Origin: a virus
Virus record (IMG/VR): IMGVR_UViG_3300037466_003379
Coordinates: 1 to 64,000 of that record
Strand: one strand, 5' to 3'
Length of the DNA: 64,000 nucleotides
In this document: piece by piece, positions 19,109-28,617 of the stretch
How the letters are laid out: every line of letters starts with the position of its first letter
How positions within the stretch are numbered: the first letter of the stretch is position 1
Notes under the pieces: generated by a model
What the model saw: only the letters and a program-made list of their open reading frames with translations
Told to the model about the DNA's origin: nothing
The model's database searches: none
Made by a program: the position numbers and the translations under genes

Positions 19109-19614
19109 GCACCGCGACCCGAGCCGAGGTGCTCCGGGAGATCGCCTCCACCGTGCTGTCGGCGGCCGAGCTGCTCGCCGCCTGGTCCGGGAAGGAGGCC
19201 CCGACCGAGGAGCCGCGCGGCCGGTCCGGGCTGCTCGTCGGCGACGAGCACTACCTGGTGCGCGGCGACATCGTGGACATCCGGTGGCGTGGCGTGGCCG
19301 AGGTGGTGCCGCTGGCCGAGCTGCTGACGGTGGCAGCCGAGGCCGGCGACCAGCGCAAGGCCGACCGGCTCGCCGCCGCAGTCAAGGACCAGCCGCGGGC
19401 GATGCGAGACGCGGAGCGGTACATCCGGGCGCACGGCGACGGCGGGATGGTCCTGATCGAGGGCACCGCGGCGTGGCGCGCCCCGGAGTGGGCCGAGCTG
19501 CGCCGCCGACTGCGCGCGGTGCACGCCGAGACCGCGGCGTGGTGGAGCTCGGCCGAGCCCGAGCCTGAGCCGGGCGAGCAGCTCGACCTGTTCGACCTGG
19601 CGGGTGCCCGGTGA
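19105..19614 (+). CDS. Hypothetical protein (C-terminal QLDLF clamp-binding-like motif)
   Basis: Coupled; ends GEQLDLFDLAGAR. Confidence 0.6.
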   Translation: MSTATRAEVLREIASTVLSAAELLAAWSGKEAPTEEPRGRSGLLVGDEHYLVRGDIVDIRWRGVAEVVPLAELLTVAAEAGDQRKADRLAAAVKDQPRAMRDAERYIRAHGDGGMVLIEGTAAWRAPEWAELRRRLRAVHAETAAWWSSAEPEPEPGEQLDLFDLAGAR

Positions 19615-19883
19615 GCGCCGGACGCGCCCGCGGCGCCTGCACCCGCTACCCGGCGTCGAAGATCCGGTACCGGTCGAAGGTCCAGGCCCGCTCCGGACTG
19701 GACCGGGCCCGCCAGATCATGGCCGCCGAGGGCATCCCCGCCGAGCTCCAGCCCGTCCACATCGAACGGTGCCCCGCCTGCCGGGGCTGGCACACCCACC
19801 AGGACCGCGACGCGGTCGCCCGCTTCCGGGAGGAGGTCACCACGCTGCCCGCCGGCCTGGCGGAGCAGCTCGACGCAGCCTGA
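19611..19883 (+). CDS. Small Zn-binding protein
   Basis: ERCPACRGWH. Confidence 0.6.
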   Translation: MSAGRARGACTRYPASKIRYRSKVQARSGLDRARQIMAAEGIPAELQPVHIERCPACRGWHTHQDRDAVARFREEVTTLPAGLAEQLDAA

Positions 19884-19972
19884 GCCGCGAGGCCGGGCCC
19901 GGCACGCCGCAACCACCCCTGCGGCCCCGGGCCTGGCCTCTCGGCGTCCCTCCCCCACACGAGGAGCACCCG

Positions 19973-20419
19973 ATGGACACCACCAGCGACACCACGCCCG
20001 AGAGCGCCCTGCGCGCTCTCCTGATCGACGACGACGCCCCCGACTGGTCCGCCGCTCTCTGCGCGCAGACCGATCCGGAGGTCTTCTTCCCGGAGAAGGG
20101 CGGCTCGACCCGCGAGGCCAAGCGGATCTGCGCCGGGTGCCCGATCCGGCCCGCATGTCTGCGCTACGCGCTCGAGACCGGGGACCGGTTCGGCGTGTGG
20201 GGCGGGCTGAGCGAGCGGGAGCGCCGCAGGCTCGCGACCGCGAAGGGCGACTCGAAGCCGCCCACCGCAGCCGGGCAGAAGGCAGAGGCCCGCCGCCGGG
20301 TCGTCGCCCAGCTCGTCCACTCCGGCGCGACCAACGCGCAGATCGCCTCGAAGGTCGGCGTCTCCCAGCGCTTGGTCGAGCGCGACCGCCAGGTGCTGCG
20401 CGAGCAGGACGCGGCATGA
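19973..20419 (+). CDS. whiB: WhiB-family regulator with C-terminal HTH
   Basis: ALCAQTDPEVFFPEKGGSTREAKRICAGCPIRPACLRYAL...FGVWGGLSERERR. Confidence 0.92.
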   Translation: MDTTSDTTPESALRALLIDDDAPDWSAALCAQTDPEVFFPEKGGSTREAKRICAGCPIRPACLRYALETGDRFGVWGGLSERERRRLATAKGDSKPPTAAGQKAEARRRVVAQLVHSGATNAQIASKVGVSQRLVERDRQVLREQDAA

Positions 20420-20802
20420 CGCCGGCGGAGGTGGCGGCCGAGGTCGCCGAGGTCATCCGCTGGACGTCGTACGGCCGCGAGTCCCGCGCGACGGCGAAGG
20501 GGCTCGCGGCCGCGGTACTGGGCGGGCTGCGCCGCCACTACTTCGACCGGGACCTGCCCGTGACGGTGATCTGGCAGGGCCCGCCGATCCTGGTCGACCA
20601 CGAAGCCGAGGCCCGCGTCGCGGTCACGGTCACGACCGCCCCAGCTGGTCGAGCCGACGTGCTGCGCCGACTGCTCGAGCACCGGGCCGCGTCGAACGCC
20701 ATCGACGCCCAGCTCGTCGTGTTCACCGGCGGTGCCGGGGTCGGGCTGCCCGCGATGCTCGGCGGGCTGCCGCTGTACGCGCTCCCGCTCGTCGGCCGGT
20801 GA
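20416..20802 (+). CDS. Hypothetical protein
   Basis: ATGA coupling. Confidence 0.6.
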   Translation: MTPAEVAAEVAEVIRWTSYGRESRATAKGLAAAVLGGLRRHYFDRDLPVTVIWQGPPILVDHEAEARVAVTVTTAPAGRADVLRRLLEHRAASNAIDAQLVVFTGGAGVGLPAMLGGLPLYALPLVGR

Positions 20803-21335
20803 AGCGCGGAGGACCCCTCAAACGGACGCCGATGCCGCCCCGCTCGAAGCCTCTCCCGCAAGGGAAGGGCATCGAGCGGGGCTCTGGCATGTCCGGGGGC
20901 GGAGAGCTGCGCAGGACGGCGCCGCTGCGCTCGTCGAGCCCGACCGCGCGGGCGAAGGTGTCCCCGCCGGCGAAGTCTGCGTCGAAGCTGGAGCGCGAGG
21001 CCGCGGACCGGGCGGCGGAGCGCGAGGCGAAGCGGCTGGTCCGCGCCAGGAGCGGCGGACGGTGCGAGGTCTGCGGGATCGCGGCCGCGACGAACTTCTC
21101 CCACCGGAAGGGCGCCGGTCAGGGGGGCGAGTGGTCGGCCGCGAACGGCCTTGACGCGTGCGGCTGGGGGAACACCTTGGGCTGCCACGGCCGCATCCAC
21201 CAGAGGCCGGAGGAGGCGCGCGAGCACGGCTGGATGCTGCGCCGGAATCAGGTGCCGGAGGAGGAGCCCGTCGACCACGCGTGGCTCGGGCGGGTGCTGC
21301 TGACCAGCGACGGGATGGTCATCCCTGCCGACTAA
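20799..21335 (+). CDS. HNH endonuclease-like protein
   Basis: RSGGRCEVC...SHRK...N....C.....GCHGRIH. Confidence 0.75.
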   Translation: MKRGGPLKRTPMPPRSKPLPQGKGIERGSGMSGGGELRRTAPLRSSSPTARAKVSPPAKSASKLEREAADRAAEREAKRLVRARSGGRCEVCGIAAATNFSHRKGAGQGGEWSAANGLDACGWGNTLGCHGRIHQRPEEAREHGWMLRRNQVPEEEPVDHAWLGRVLLTSDGMVIPAD

Positions 21336-21384
21336 TTTTCAGTATTGACACCTCTCCCCTGCAGGGCTACGGTTTACCGGTACC
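21336..21384 (+). promoter_or_regulatory. Repeated promoter/operator copy 9
   Basis: TTTTCAGTATTGACA-N17-TACGGTTTACCGGTACC. Confidence 0.85.
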
Positions 21385-21403
21385 CACCAATAAGGAGGAC
21401 ACC

Positions 21404-21706
21404 ATGACCGCTCCCGCCGCTCCCGCGCTGCTCCCCCTCGCCGCCCTCATGGCCTGGTACCGCGCCATCCGCGCCGTCACCATGACCGGCCCCGACCAGC
21501 TCGTCCTCATCGACGGGGTCGGCGTGTTCACCTCCGCCGAGATCCGCGCCGCGCTCCGCGCCGCCCGTGGCGCCTACGCCGAGGGCGACCGCTACTCCGC
21601 CGTGTGCGCCATCGAGCGCGCCATCACCCCCACCGGCGAGACGCTCACCAGCACCACCTGGGCCTGGGCGAACAAGGTGCTGACCACCGTCGAGAACGCC
21701 GCCTGA
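21404..21706 (+). CDS. Hypothetical protein
   Basis: AAGGAGG RBS (MTAPAAPALLP). Confidence 0.75.
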   Translation: MTAPAAPALLPLAALMAWYRAIRAVTMTGPDQLVLIDGVGVFTSAEIRAALRAARGAYAEGDRYSAVCAIERAITPTGETLTSTTWAWANKVLTTVENAA

Positions 21707-21787
21707 GCCGCCCGCTCCCGGGTCGGACACACCCCACCGGCCCGGGAGCCCCTCCCCCCCTCGCTCGACCCCGCTGAGGAGCACCCG

Positions 21788-23623
21788 ATGACCACCTTCG
21801 CCCCCACCCCGCAACAGAGGGCCGCCGAGGACGCGCTGCGCCGCCGCGAGGACGTCCTGATCGCCGCTGGCGCTGGCGCCGGCAAGACCAGCACCCTCGT
21901 CCACCTCGCCCGCGTCTGCCGCGAGCTGGGCCTGTACGGCGCCTACATCTGCTTCAACGGCTCCACCGCGCAGGAGGCCCGGGGCAGGTTCCCCAGCAAC
22001 TTCACCTGCGGCACCGCGCACTCGTTCGCCACGCAGGCCAGCCGCGTGAACGGCGGCCGCCCGTTCTGGCACCACCGCCTGCGCTCGAAGCAGAACAAGC
22101 GCGGCTTCCAGAACGCGCGCGTCGTCGCCGACATCCTCGGCATCACCGACGACCTCGAGGTCGCCGGGGAGCACCTCGAACCGACGGAGGTCGCCACCCT
22201 CGCCGTGCGCACCGTCCAGGCGTTCTGCGGGACCGCTGACGAGTCGATGACCGCCGAGCACGTCCCGCTCCCCGACTACCTCGAGGAGAACGTCCGCGGC
22301 CCGCTGGCGGCCGCCCTGCTCCCCCACGCCCAGCGGGCCTGGCGGGACATGGAGCTGCGCGACGGGCTCGCAGGCCGCGAGCACGGGACGCCGGCCTCTG
22401 CCGACTCCTGCCTGAACGTCGACCACGCGTTCTACCTCAAGCGCTGGCAGCTCTCCGGCCTGCCGATCATGGTCAAGGGTCCCGGCGGGGTCGAGCAGCC
22501 CGCCGACGTCGTGTTCTTCGACGAGTGCCAGGACGCCTCGCCCGTCATGGCGGCGATCTTCGAGCGCATGCGGACCCAGTACGGGAAGCAGCTGGTCCTG
22601 GTCGGCGACCAGTGCCAGGCCATCAACGGCTTTGCCGGCGCGATCGACATCATGCCGAGGTTCGCCTACGCGACCCGCGTCGAGCTGACCAAGTCCTTCC
22701 GGTTCGGCCCGGCCGTCGCCGACGAGGCCAACGTGTGGCTGTCCCTGCTCGACGCGGACCTGCGCATCACCGGACACGACCCGGTGGAGTCCGTCGTCGC
22801 CCCGCTCGGTCCGGACGAGGTGCCCGACGCGATCCTCTGCCGCACCTCCGCCGGGGCGATGCGCGCCGTCCTGGAGCAGCACGCCGCCGAGCGGAAGGTG
22901 CACCTGGTCGGCGACGGCGACGACATCAAGCGCCTCGCCCAGGCCGCGATCGACCTCGACGAGAAGGGCTGGACCGGACACCCGGACCTGCGCGGCAAGT
23001 TCCGCAGCTGGCAGCAGGTCGTCGACTACTGCGAGAGCGGCGAGCTCGGCTCCGAGGACCTGGAGACCGGCGTCCGGCTGATCAAGGACTTCACCCCTGA
23101 GGGCGTCATCGAGGCGATCGAGAAGCTGGTCAGCGCGAACGCCGCCGAGGTCACCGTCTCGACCGCGCACGTGTCGAAGGGCCTGGAGTGGGACGTCGTG
23201 AAGATCGGCGACGACTTCCGCGGCCCGAAGCTCGACAAGAACGGCGTGGAGGTCCTGCCGGAGCGGGACGAGCTGATGCTCGCCTACGTCGCGGTGACGA
23301 GGGCGAAGCTGCGCCTGGACGTGGGGTCGCTGTCCTGGGGCCGGGCCTACGCCGGGGCACCTGCTCCGCGGCCCGCGCCGGAGCCGGTCCGGGAGCGGGT
23401 CGAGCTGCCCGCTGCCGCGCCAGCTCCGGAGCCCGAGGGTGCTGCCCCCGCGACGGGGGTCGGCCGGGGTGCAGCGGTGCTGAGGGCGTGGCTGGAGTCC
23501 GAGGAGGACGGTGCGCCGCTGACCGCAGAGGTGCTGGAGGGCGTCGTGCGGGACGTGGTCGCCGCGTACCTGGACCAGGGGGTGCGGCGGCCGGAGCTGC
23601 GCGTGGTCGCGTCCGCTGGGTGA
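21788..23623 (+). CDS. UvrD/Rep-like SF1 helicase
   Basis: AGAGAGKT, FFDECQD, VGDQCQAI, LTKSFRFG, STAHVSKGLEW, YVAVTRA. Confidence 0.92.
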   Translation: MTTFAPTPQQRAAEDALRRREDVLIAAGAGAGKTSTLVHLARVCRELGLYGAYICFNGSTAQEARGRFPSNFTCGTAHSFATQASRVNGGRPFWHHRLRSKQNKRGFQNARVVADILGITDDLEVAGEHLEPTEVATLAVRTVQAFCGTADESMTAEHVPLPDYLEENVRGPLAAALLPHAQRAWRDMELRDGLAGREHGTPASADSCLNVDHAFYLKRWQLSGLPIMVKGPGGVEQPADVVFFDECQDASPVMAAIFERMRTQYGKQLVLVGDQCQAINGFAGAIDIMPRFAYATRVELTKSFRFGPAVADEANVWLSLLDADLRITGHDPVESVVAPLGPDEVPDAILCRTSAGAMRAVLEQHAAERKVHLVGDGDDIKRLAQAAIDLDEKGWTGHPDLRGKFRSWQQVVDYCESGELGSEDLETGVRLIKDFTPEGVIEAIEKLVSANAAEVTVSTAHVSKGLEWDVVKIGDDFRGPKLDKNGVEVLPERDELMLAYVAVTRAKLRLDVGSLSWGRAYAGAPAPRPAPEPVRERVELPAAAPAPEPEGAAPATGVGRGAAVLRAWLESEEDGAPLTAEVLEGVVRDVVAAYLDQGVRRPELRVVASAG

Positions 23624-23657
23624 GGCGGGTTTCCGCAGGTAGAGGGGTCGGGCTGGC

Positions 23658-23697
23658 TTGATCAGCCCTCCCCACCTAGGTACGGTTTACCGGTACC
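23658..23697 (+). promoter_or_regulatory. Repeated promoter copy 10 (lacks TTTTCAGTATT box)
   Basis: TTGATC-N17-TACGGTTTACCGGTACC. Confidence 0.8.
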
Positions 23698-23720
23698 ACC
23701 TCACCGAGCAGGAGGCCCCG

Positions 23721-24020
23721 ATGGACACGCTCCCCCCGCCGCCCGACCAGCTCCCCCACCACGTCGCCTTCCACGCCCGCGAGACCGGCGCCGCCGTCAT
23801 GGTCCGCGGCCACGACACCTACCCCGAGCTGCCGCCCGGCGGCCGCCTGTGGCGCTACGTCTACCCCGACGAGTCGACCGCCTACGCCGCCACCGCCACC
23901 AGTCACGGCCACGAGCTCGGCGGCGCGCCGTGCCCGACCCGCGACGAGGCGCTCCGCAACCTCCGGGCGCTGCGCCGCTCGGCGATGTTCCGGGGCTGGG
24001 CCGCCCGGGAGGAGCTGTGA
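23721..24020 (+). CDS. Hypothetical protein
   Basis: GGAGG RBS (MDTLPPPP). Confidence 0.7.
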   Translation: MDTLPPPPDQLPHHVAFHARETGAAVMVRGHDTYPELPPGGRLWRYVYPDESTAYAATATSHGHELGGAPCPTRDEALRNLRALRRSAMFRGWAAREEL

Positions 24021-24862
24021 CCTTCTACCTCGGCTGCCCCGAGCCGTCCTGGCTCCGCCGCACCACCGTCCCGCTGTTCATCTCCCGCAACCGCCTCGTC
24101 CGCGTCCGCCAGCTCCCCGCCGCACGCGGGCCGTGGGCGCTCGACAGCGGCGGATTCTCCGAGCTGCAGCTCCACGGACGCTGGACGATCACCCCGCAGC
24201 AGTACGTCGACGAGGTCCGCGGCTACATCGCCCAGCTCGGCGAACCGGACTTCGCGGCGCCGCAGGACTGGATGTGCGAGGACGACCAGCTCGCCCGCAC
24301 CGGGAAGACGGTCGAGGAGCACCAGGTGCTCACCGCCGTCAACTACGCCGTCCTGCGCCAGCTCGCCCCCGAGGTCCCCTGGATCCCAGTGCTGCAGGGC
24401 GCCACGATCGCCCACTACCTGCGCCACGCCGGCATGTACGCGGCGATGGGGGTCGACCTCGCCGCGCACCCGCGCGTGGGCGTCGGCTCCGTCTGCCGCC
24501 GCCAGGCCACGGTGGGCGCCGCGCTCCTGTTCGACCGCCTGGTGGACGAGCTGGGCCTGCGAAACCTCCACGGCTTCGGCCTCAAGGCCGACGGCGTCGA
24601 GCTGTTCGGCGAGCGCCTCGCCTCCGCCGACTCGATGGCCTGGTCGTACGCGGCCAGACGGGACGCAGACGACCCGGACCGGGCGCCGTGCCCGGACGGC
24701 CGCCGAGACTGCCGGAACTGCCTGCATGCGGCGCTGGCCTGGCGCCAGGTTGTGCTGGCCCGGTGGGAGCGCGCTCGTGCCGCTGCGTGGGCGGTGCCGG
24801 TCGAGGTGCCCCAGCTGCGCGAGCGCCGCGCGCCAGCCCAGGCCGAGCTGTTCCCCGTCTGA
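24017..24862 (+). CDS. DpdA-like (TGT-fold) DNA-guanine transglycosylase
   Basis: WALDSGGFSEL, APQDWMCE, IPVLQG, GVGSVCRRQ, LHGFGLK, SADSMAWS, C-terminal C....C..C. Confidence 0.8.
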   Translation: MTFYLGCPEPSWLRRTTVPLFISRNRLVRVRQLPAARGPWALDSGGFSELQLHGRWTITPQQYVDEVRGYIAQLGEPDFAAPQDWMCEDDQLARTGKTVEEHQVLTAVNYAVLRQLAPEVPWIPVLQGATIAHYLRHAGMYAAMGVDLAAHPRVGVGSVCRRQATVGAALLFDRLVDELGLRNLHGFGLKADGVELFGERLASADSMAWSYAARRDADDPDRAPCPDGRRDCRNCLHAALAWRQVVLARWERARAAAWAVPVEVPQLRERRAPAQAELFPV

Positions 24863-24884
24863 CCAGGCGACACGCCCGACCAGA

Positions 24885-24934
24885 TTTTCAGTATTGACAC
24901 CTCTCCGCCCTGCGGGGTACGCTTTACCGGTACC
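24885..24934 (+). promoter_or_regulatory. Repeated promoter/operator copy 11
   Basis: TTTTCAGTATTGACA-N18-TACGCTTTACCGGTACC (18-bp spacer, 24900-24917). Confidence 0.8.
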
Positions 24935-24966
24935 AATCAAGCACGACCCCCACCGAGGAGCACCCG

Positions 24967-25269
24967 ATGAGCGCACCGACCGCCACCACCGCCAACCTGG
25001 TCCGCGCCTACCGCGACGCCGTTGACTTCGCCGTCCTCGCCATCGAAGAGGACGACCAGGAGGCCGCCGAGGTCGCCGCTGCCGACCGCCGCCGGATCGC
25101 CCACACGCTCACCGAGCAGGGCCAGGGCTGGGTCTCCAAGCTCCTGATCGCCGAGGGTCGCGCCCGCGTCGCCTTCGCGACCACCCCCGCCGCCGACCAG
25201 CCCCGCTTCGCCGGCACCATCGCCGCCCGCACCGAGGCCGTGGACCGCGTCCTCGCCCGCTGCGCCTGA
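24967..25269 (+). CDS. Hypothetical protein
   Basis: GAGGAGCACCCGATG start. Confidence 0.75.
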   Translation: MSAPTATTANLVRAYRDAVDFAVLAIEEDDQEAAEVAAADRRRIAHTLTEQGQGWVSKLLIAEGRARVAFATTPAADQPRFAGTIAARTEAVDRVLARCA

Positions 25270-25335
25270 CCTGACACCCTCGGGGCGAGCGGTGACCACC
25301 CCCGCCGCTCGCCCCCTTCCCTCGAGGAGCACCCG

Positions 25336-25782
25336 ATGAGCACCATCGACCAGACCGCCCCTGCCGCCGAGCCCCGCAAGGGCCTGATCGTGGGCATCCT
25401 CCGCCCCGCCGACCACGGCGACTGCTCGCTGAACGGCGTGAGCAACCGCTACCGCCGCGGCGTGGTCGTCGGAGTCCACCGGAAGCCCGGCAGCACCTCC
25501 CTGGCCGAGCACGAGGCCGTCCTCCGCGGCGAGCACGTCCTCCCCCGGATCTTCACCGGCAGCGACGACGTCTGCGAGCTGGAGCTCGTGGTCCGCAACC
25601 TGTTCGGCGGGATCTACGTGAGCGCCGAGCCCGTCGAGGGACAGGGGCGCTGGGCGATGGCCGGTGGCTGCTACATCGAGACCACGGACAGCCGGTGGAA
25701 CGAGACCCTGCGGGCGATCTACGACGCCGACCACACCATGCAGGTCGGCCCGATCCCGCTGCACGACCGGTACGAGAGCTGA
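25336..25782 (+). CDS. Phage hypothetical protein
   Basis: RBS motif; DCSLNGVS...MAGGCYIETTDSRW...PIPLHDRYE. Confidence 0.8.
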   Translation: MSTIDQTAPAAEPRKGLIVGILRPADHGDCSLNGVSNRYRRGVVVGVHRKPGSTSLAEHEAVLRGEHVLPRIFTGSDDVCELELVVRNLFGGIYVSAEPVEGQGRWAMAGGCYIETTDSRWNETLRAIYDADHTMQVGPIPLHDRYES

Positions 25783-26021
25783 CCGTGCCCGACACCGACC
25801 CCGCGCTCGCCGCCGAGCGGGCGCGGGTCGTCCGCCACTTCCAGCGCTACACCGCCGAGCAGCGCACCACGCACGCCGCGTCCCACCGCCTCGGTCACCG
25901 ACAGCGCACCGCCATCGGCGAGCACTTCTACACCCACCCCGACGTACCCGGTCGCGCCTTCCCCCGGCGCGACCTCGCCGCCCGCGCCGGCCTGGCGGCG
26001 CAGCACCCCGAGGAGCACCCG

Positions 26022-27008
26022 ATGTCTCTGACCCTGTCCCACACTGCCGCCGAGGGCACCTTGCTCGACGGCACCAGCAAGGGCGACGGCTCCGCCGAGA
26101 TCCTCCACGCGAGCGCCCAGAACTGGCGCTGGTCGCGGAACCTGGGCTGCTGGTTCGTCCGCTACTCCCGCGAGAAGCCGCCCCGCCTCGCGGCGATCGA
26201 CAAGGACGCGGAGGCCCTCCGCGCCGCCGGGTTCGAGGTCGAGGTCGAGATCGACGGCCAGCCCCGCCGCTACGAGGAAGCCGAGGCCGACCGGGCGCAG
26301 CACTTCGGGGAGCGCGCCGAGCACCTGCACGGCAAGGCTGAGCGGCGCGCGGCCGCGAGCGAGGCCGCCTACCGGGGCGCGAAGCAGATCATGGACGGCA
26401 TCCCCTCTGGTCAGCCGATCCTGGTCGGCCACCACAGCGAGCGCCGGCACCGCCGCGACCTGGACAAGATCGACCGCGGCTTCCGGAAGTCCTTCGAGCT
26501 GAGTAAGGAAGCCGAGGACGCCCAGCGGCGCGCCGAGCTCGCCGAGAACCACATGCGGTACCGGGAGGACCCGTACGCGATGGCCCGCCGGTTGAAGGAC
26601 CGGACCGCGAAGCGGGCGAAGGCGCAGAGGAGCCTGGACGGGCACTCGCGGAACTTCCTCAACGGCCGCGGCGAGGTGATGTACGTCGAGGAGCACAAGC
26701 CGGCCACCGGGACCTGGCGGGAGCAGCTGCTCCTGGAGGTCGCGCACCTGGACGAGGAGATCCGCGGCCTGACCGATGCGCTCGAGGTGGCGAAGCAGGA
26801 GGGCCGCTACCTCGCGGTCACGAAGGACGACGTGAAGAAGGGCCAGCTGGTGAAGATCGACGGCCGCTGGTACCTCGTCGACAAGGTGAACCGCACGACC
26901 GTCTCCGTCACCTCGTTCGGCCTCAGCTTGAAGTACCCGCTCGACCAGATCCGGGGCGTCAAGGACGCGCCGCCGGAGGTCGCCGCCCTGGCGGGCACCG
27001 AGGTCTAG
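26022..27008 (+). CDS. DUF3560 domain protein (in-frame extension possible from GTG 25785)
   Basis: IPSGQPILVGHHSERRHRRD signature; RBS motif at 26022. Confidence 0.82.
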   Translation: MSLTLSHTAAEGTLLDGTSKGDGSAEILHASAQNWRWSRNLGCWFVRYSREKPPRLAAIDKDAEALRAAGFEVEVEIDGQPRRYEEAEADRAQHFGERAEHLHGKAERRAAASEAAYRGAKQIMDGIPSGQPILVGHHSERRHRRDLDKIDRGFRKSFELSKEAEDAQRRAELAENHMRYREDPYAMARRLKDRTAKRAKAQRSLDGHSRNFLNGRGEVMYVEEHKPATGTWREQLLLEVAHLDEEIRGLTDALEVAKQEGRYLAVTKDDVKKGQLVKIDGRWYLVDKVNRTTVSVTSFGLSLKYPLDQIRGVKDAPPEVAALAGTEV

Positions 27009-27057
27009 TTTTCAGTATTGACCCGTCGCCGCTCACGCGGTACGGTTTAGCGGTACC
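27009..27057 (+). promoter_or_regulatory. Repeated promoter/operator copy 12
   Basis: TTTTCAGTATTGACC-N17-TACGGTTTAGCGGTACC. Confidence 0.85.
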
Positions 27058-27101
27058 AACTGGCCGACCACCCCCGGCCACCGAGCACACAGGAGCACCC
27101 G

Positions 27102-27461
27102 ATGACCGAGCACACGATCCTGCTCGTCGGCAACGACCACGACGTCCGCGCACACCTCGCCTTCCTCGACACCGAGGTCATCCGCGTCGAGGACATCGAA
27201 CAGGCCGACGCCTTCCTCAACGCCCGCGACCACGACCACTACCTCGTGATCGTCGCCCCCGACGTCATGCGAGACCTCCGCGAGCGCCCCTTCCACGGCT
27301 GGGACTTCGCCGTCGCCGTCGGAGAGACCGTCTCCGGCGTCCCCGGCTGGCTCTGGACCGCCGCCCTCATCACCGGCGCCCGCTCCGTCCTCGAGCTGCC
27401 CACCGCGCTCCCCTGGCTGGCCGACACCGCCCGCCACGGCTGGCCCGCCCTCGCCGCATAG
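27102..27461 (+). CDS. Hypothetical protein (receiver-like alpha/beta pattern)
   Basis: RBS motif; ILLVGND...GARSVLELP..LPWL. Confidence 0.7.
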   Translation: MTEHTILLVGNDHDVRAHLAFLDTEVIRVEDIEQADAFLNARDHDHYLVIVAPDVMRDLRERPFHGWDFAVAVGETVSGVPGWLWTAALITGARSVLELPTALPWLADTARHGWPALAA

Positions 27462-27476
27462 CGGCACCTGATCTCG

Positions 27477-27512
27477 GGGCCCGGTGTCGCGGCGGAAGGA
27501 GACACCGGGCCC
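27477..27512 (+). terminator. Hairpin
   Basis: gggcccggtgtc-12nt-gacaccgggccc. Confidence 0.5.
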
Positions 27513-27568
27513 CGTCCTCATCCCTTCCGCACCGGCCGACCACCCCCGGCCCCGACCAGGAGCACCCG

Positions 27569-28207
27569 ATGACCGCCCTCCTCCCCGAGGTGGAGGTCTG
27601 GGGCCCGCCGCCACCCGCTGACGACGACCTCCCCGAGCCCCGCCCCCGCCCACACAAGATCCGCATCACCTGCCCGCACGGCTGCAACCAGCTCGTCGGC
27701 TGGATCAGCAACACCGGCCACGGCCTCGACTTCGACGACTACGGCCAGCCCTGGTCCGCCGAGGCACCCGAGCACATGCCGTTCCACGCTGAGATATTCG
27801 CCCGGCCCGGACCAGCGGCCCGCTGGGTGCTCGACCAGCACGACCAGGACGTCCACCACGCCGCGCGCCGCACCGACCCGCACAGCGTCCGCGTGGACGA
27901 GGTCGTCGCGGCATGCGAGCGCCTCGCTCTCGGCGACACGGAGCCGCTCGTCGGCACGGGGTTCTGCCTGCGCTGCGGCGCCGCGATGACGATGCGCGAC
28001 GGCGTCTGGTCCGACGACCACGACCGGACGGCCTGCCCCGAGCCAGTCGACCTCTGCCCGAACCTGTGCTCACCGAACAGCGACTACGGCCCCGAGGTGT
28101 CGACCTCCTGCCCGCACTGCCACGGTTCGGGCTCCCTCTTCGACGTACACCACCCCATACCCGACACTGCGGCGACAGGCGCCGTGCAGGATAGGAGCGC
28201 ACGATGA
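27569..28207 (+). CDS. Cys-rich Zn-binding hypothetical protein
   Basis: RBS motif; several CxxC. Confidence 0.7.
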   Translation: MTALLPEVEVWGPPPPADDDLPEPRPRPHKIRITCPHGCNQLVGWISNTGHGLDFDDYGQPWSAEAPEHMPFHAEIFARPGPAARWVLDQHDQDVHHAARRTDPHSVRVDEVVAACERLALGDTEPLVGTGFCLRCGAAMTMRDGVWSDDHDRTACPEPVDLCPNLCSPNSDYGPEVSTSCPHCHGSGSLFDVHHPIPDTAATGAVQDRSAR

Positions 28208-28617
28208 CCGCCCCCGCCGCCGTGGAGACGCCGACGATGCCCGAGCAGCCCGACCAGCAGCCGCCGAAGCGGCCCCGCGGCCGCCCCCGGATCGCCGCTG
28301 ACGCCGGCAAGTCGAAGCAGGCCACCTGGACCCCCGGACCGGACCAGAAGGACCGCATGGCGAAGCTCAAGGCGAAGATCGTCATGTCGCAGAACGCGAT
28401 GGTCCGGACCGCGCTCGACCGGCACCTCGCCGCCCGCGCGGACGGCGCCAGCTACAAGGACCGGGAGCAGATCCCGGCCGCCGCCAAGCAGGCCCAGTGG
28501 ATCCCGGACGCCGGCCAGGTCGACGCGCTCGCCGCCGCGGCCACCGAGGACGGGATCGCCCAGACCGAGGTCCTCCGCTTCGCAGTGGAGGACTTCCTGA
28601 CGAGCTGGGGAGCCTGA
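28204..28617 (+). CDS. AT-hook + tandem RHH-like DNA-binding protein
   Basis: PKRPRGRPR; duplicated KQA.W.P unit. Confidence 0.65.
   Translation: MTAPAAVETPTMPEQPDQQPPKRPRGRPRIAADAGKSKQATWTPGPDQKDRMAKLKAKIVMSQNAMVRTALDRHLAARADGASYKDREQIPAAAKQAQWIPDAGQVDALAAAATEDGIAQTEVLRFAVEDFLTSWGA

Noticed and set aside
24017-24862. Housekeeping tRNA-guanine transglycosylase (tgt)
   Set aside because: Too short, lacks the usual Tgt N-terminal motifs, and sits in phage early-gene context
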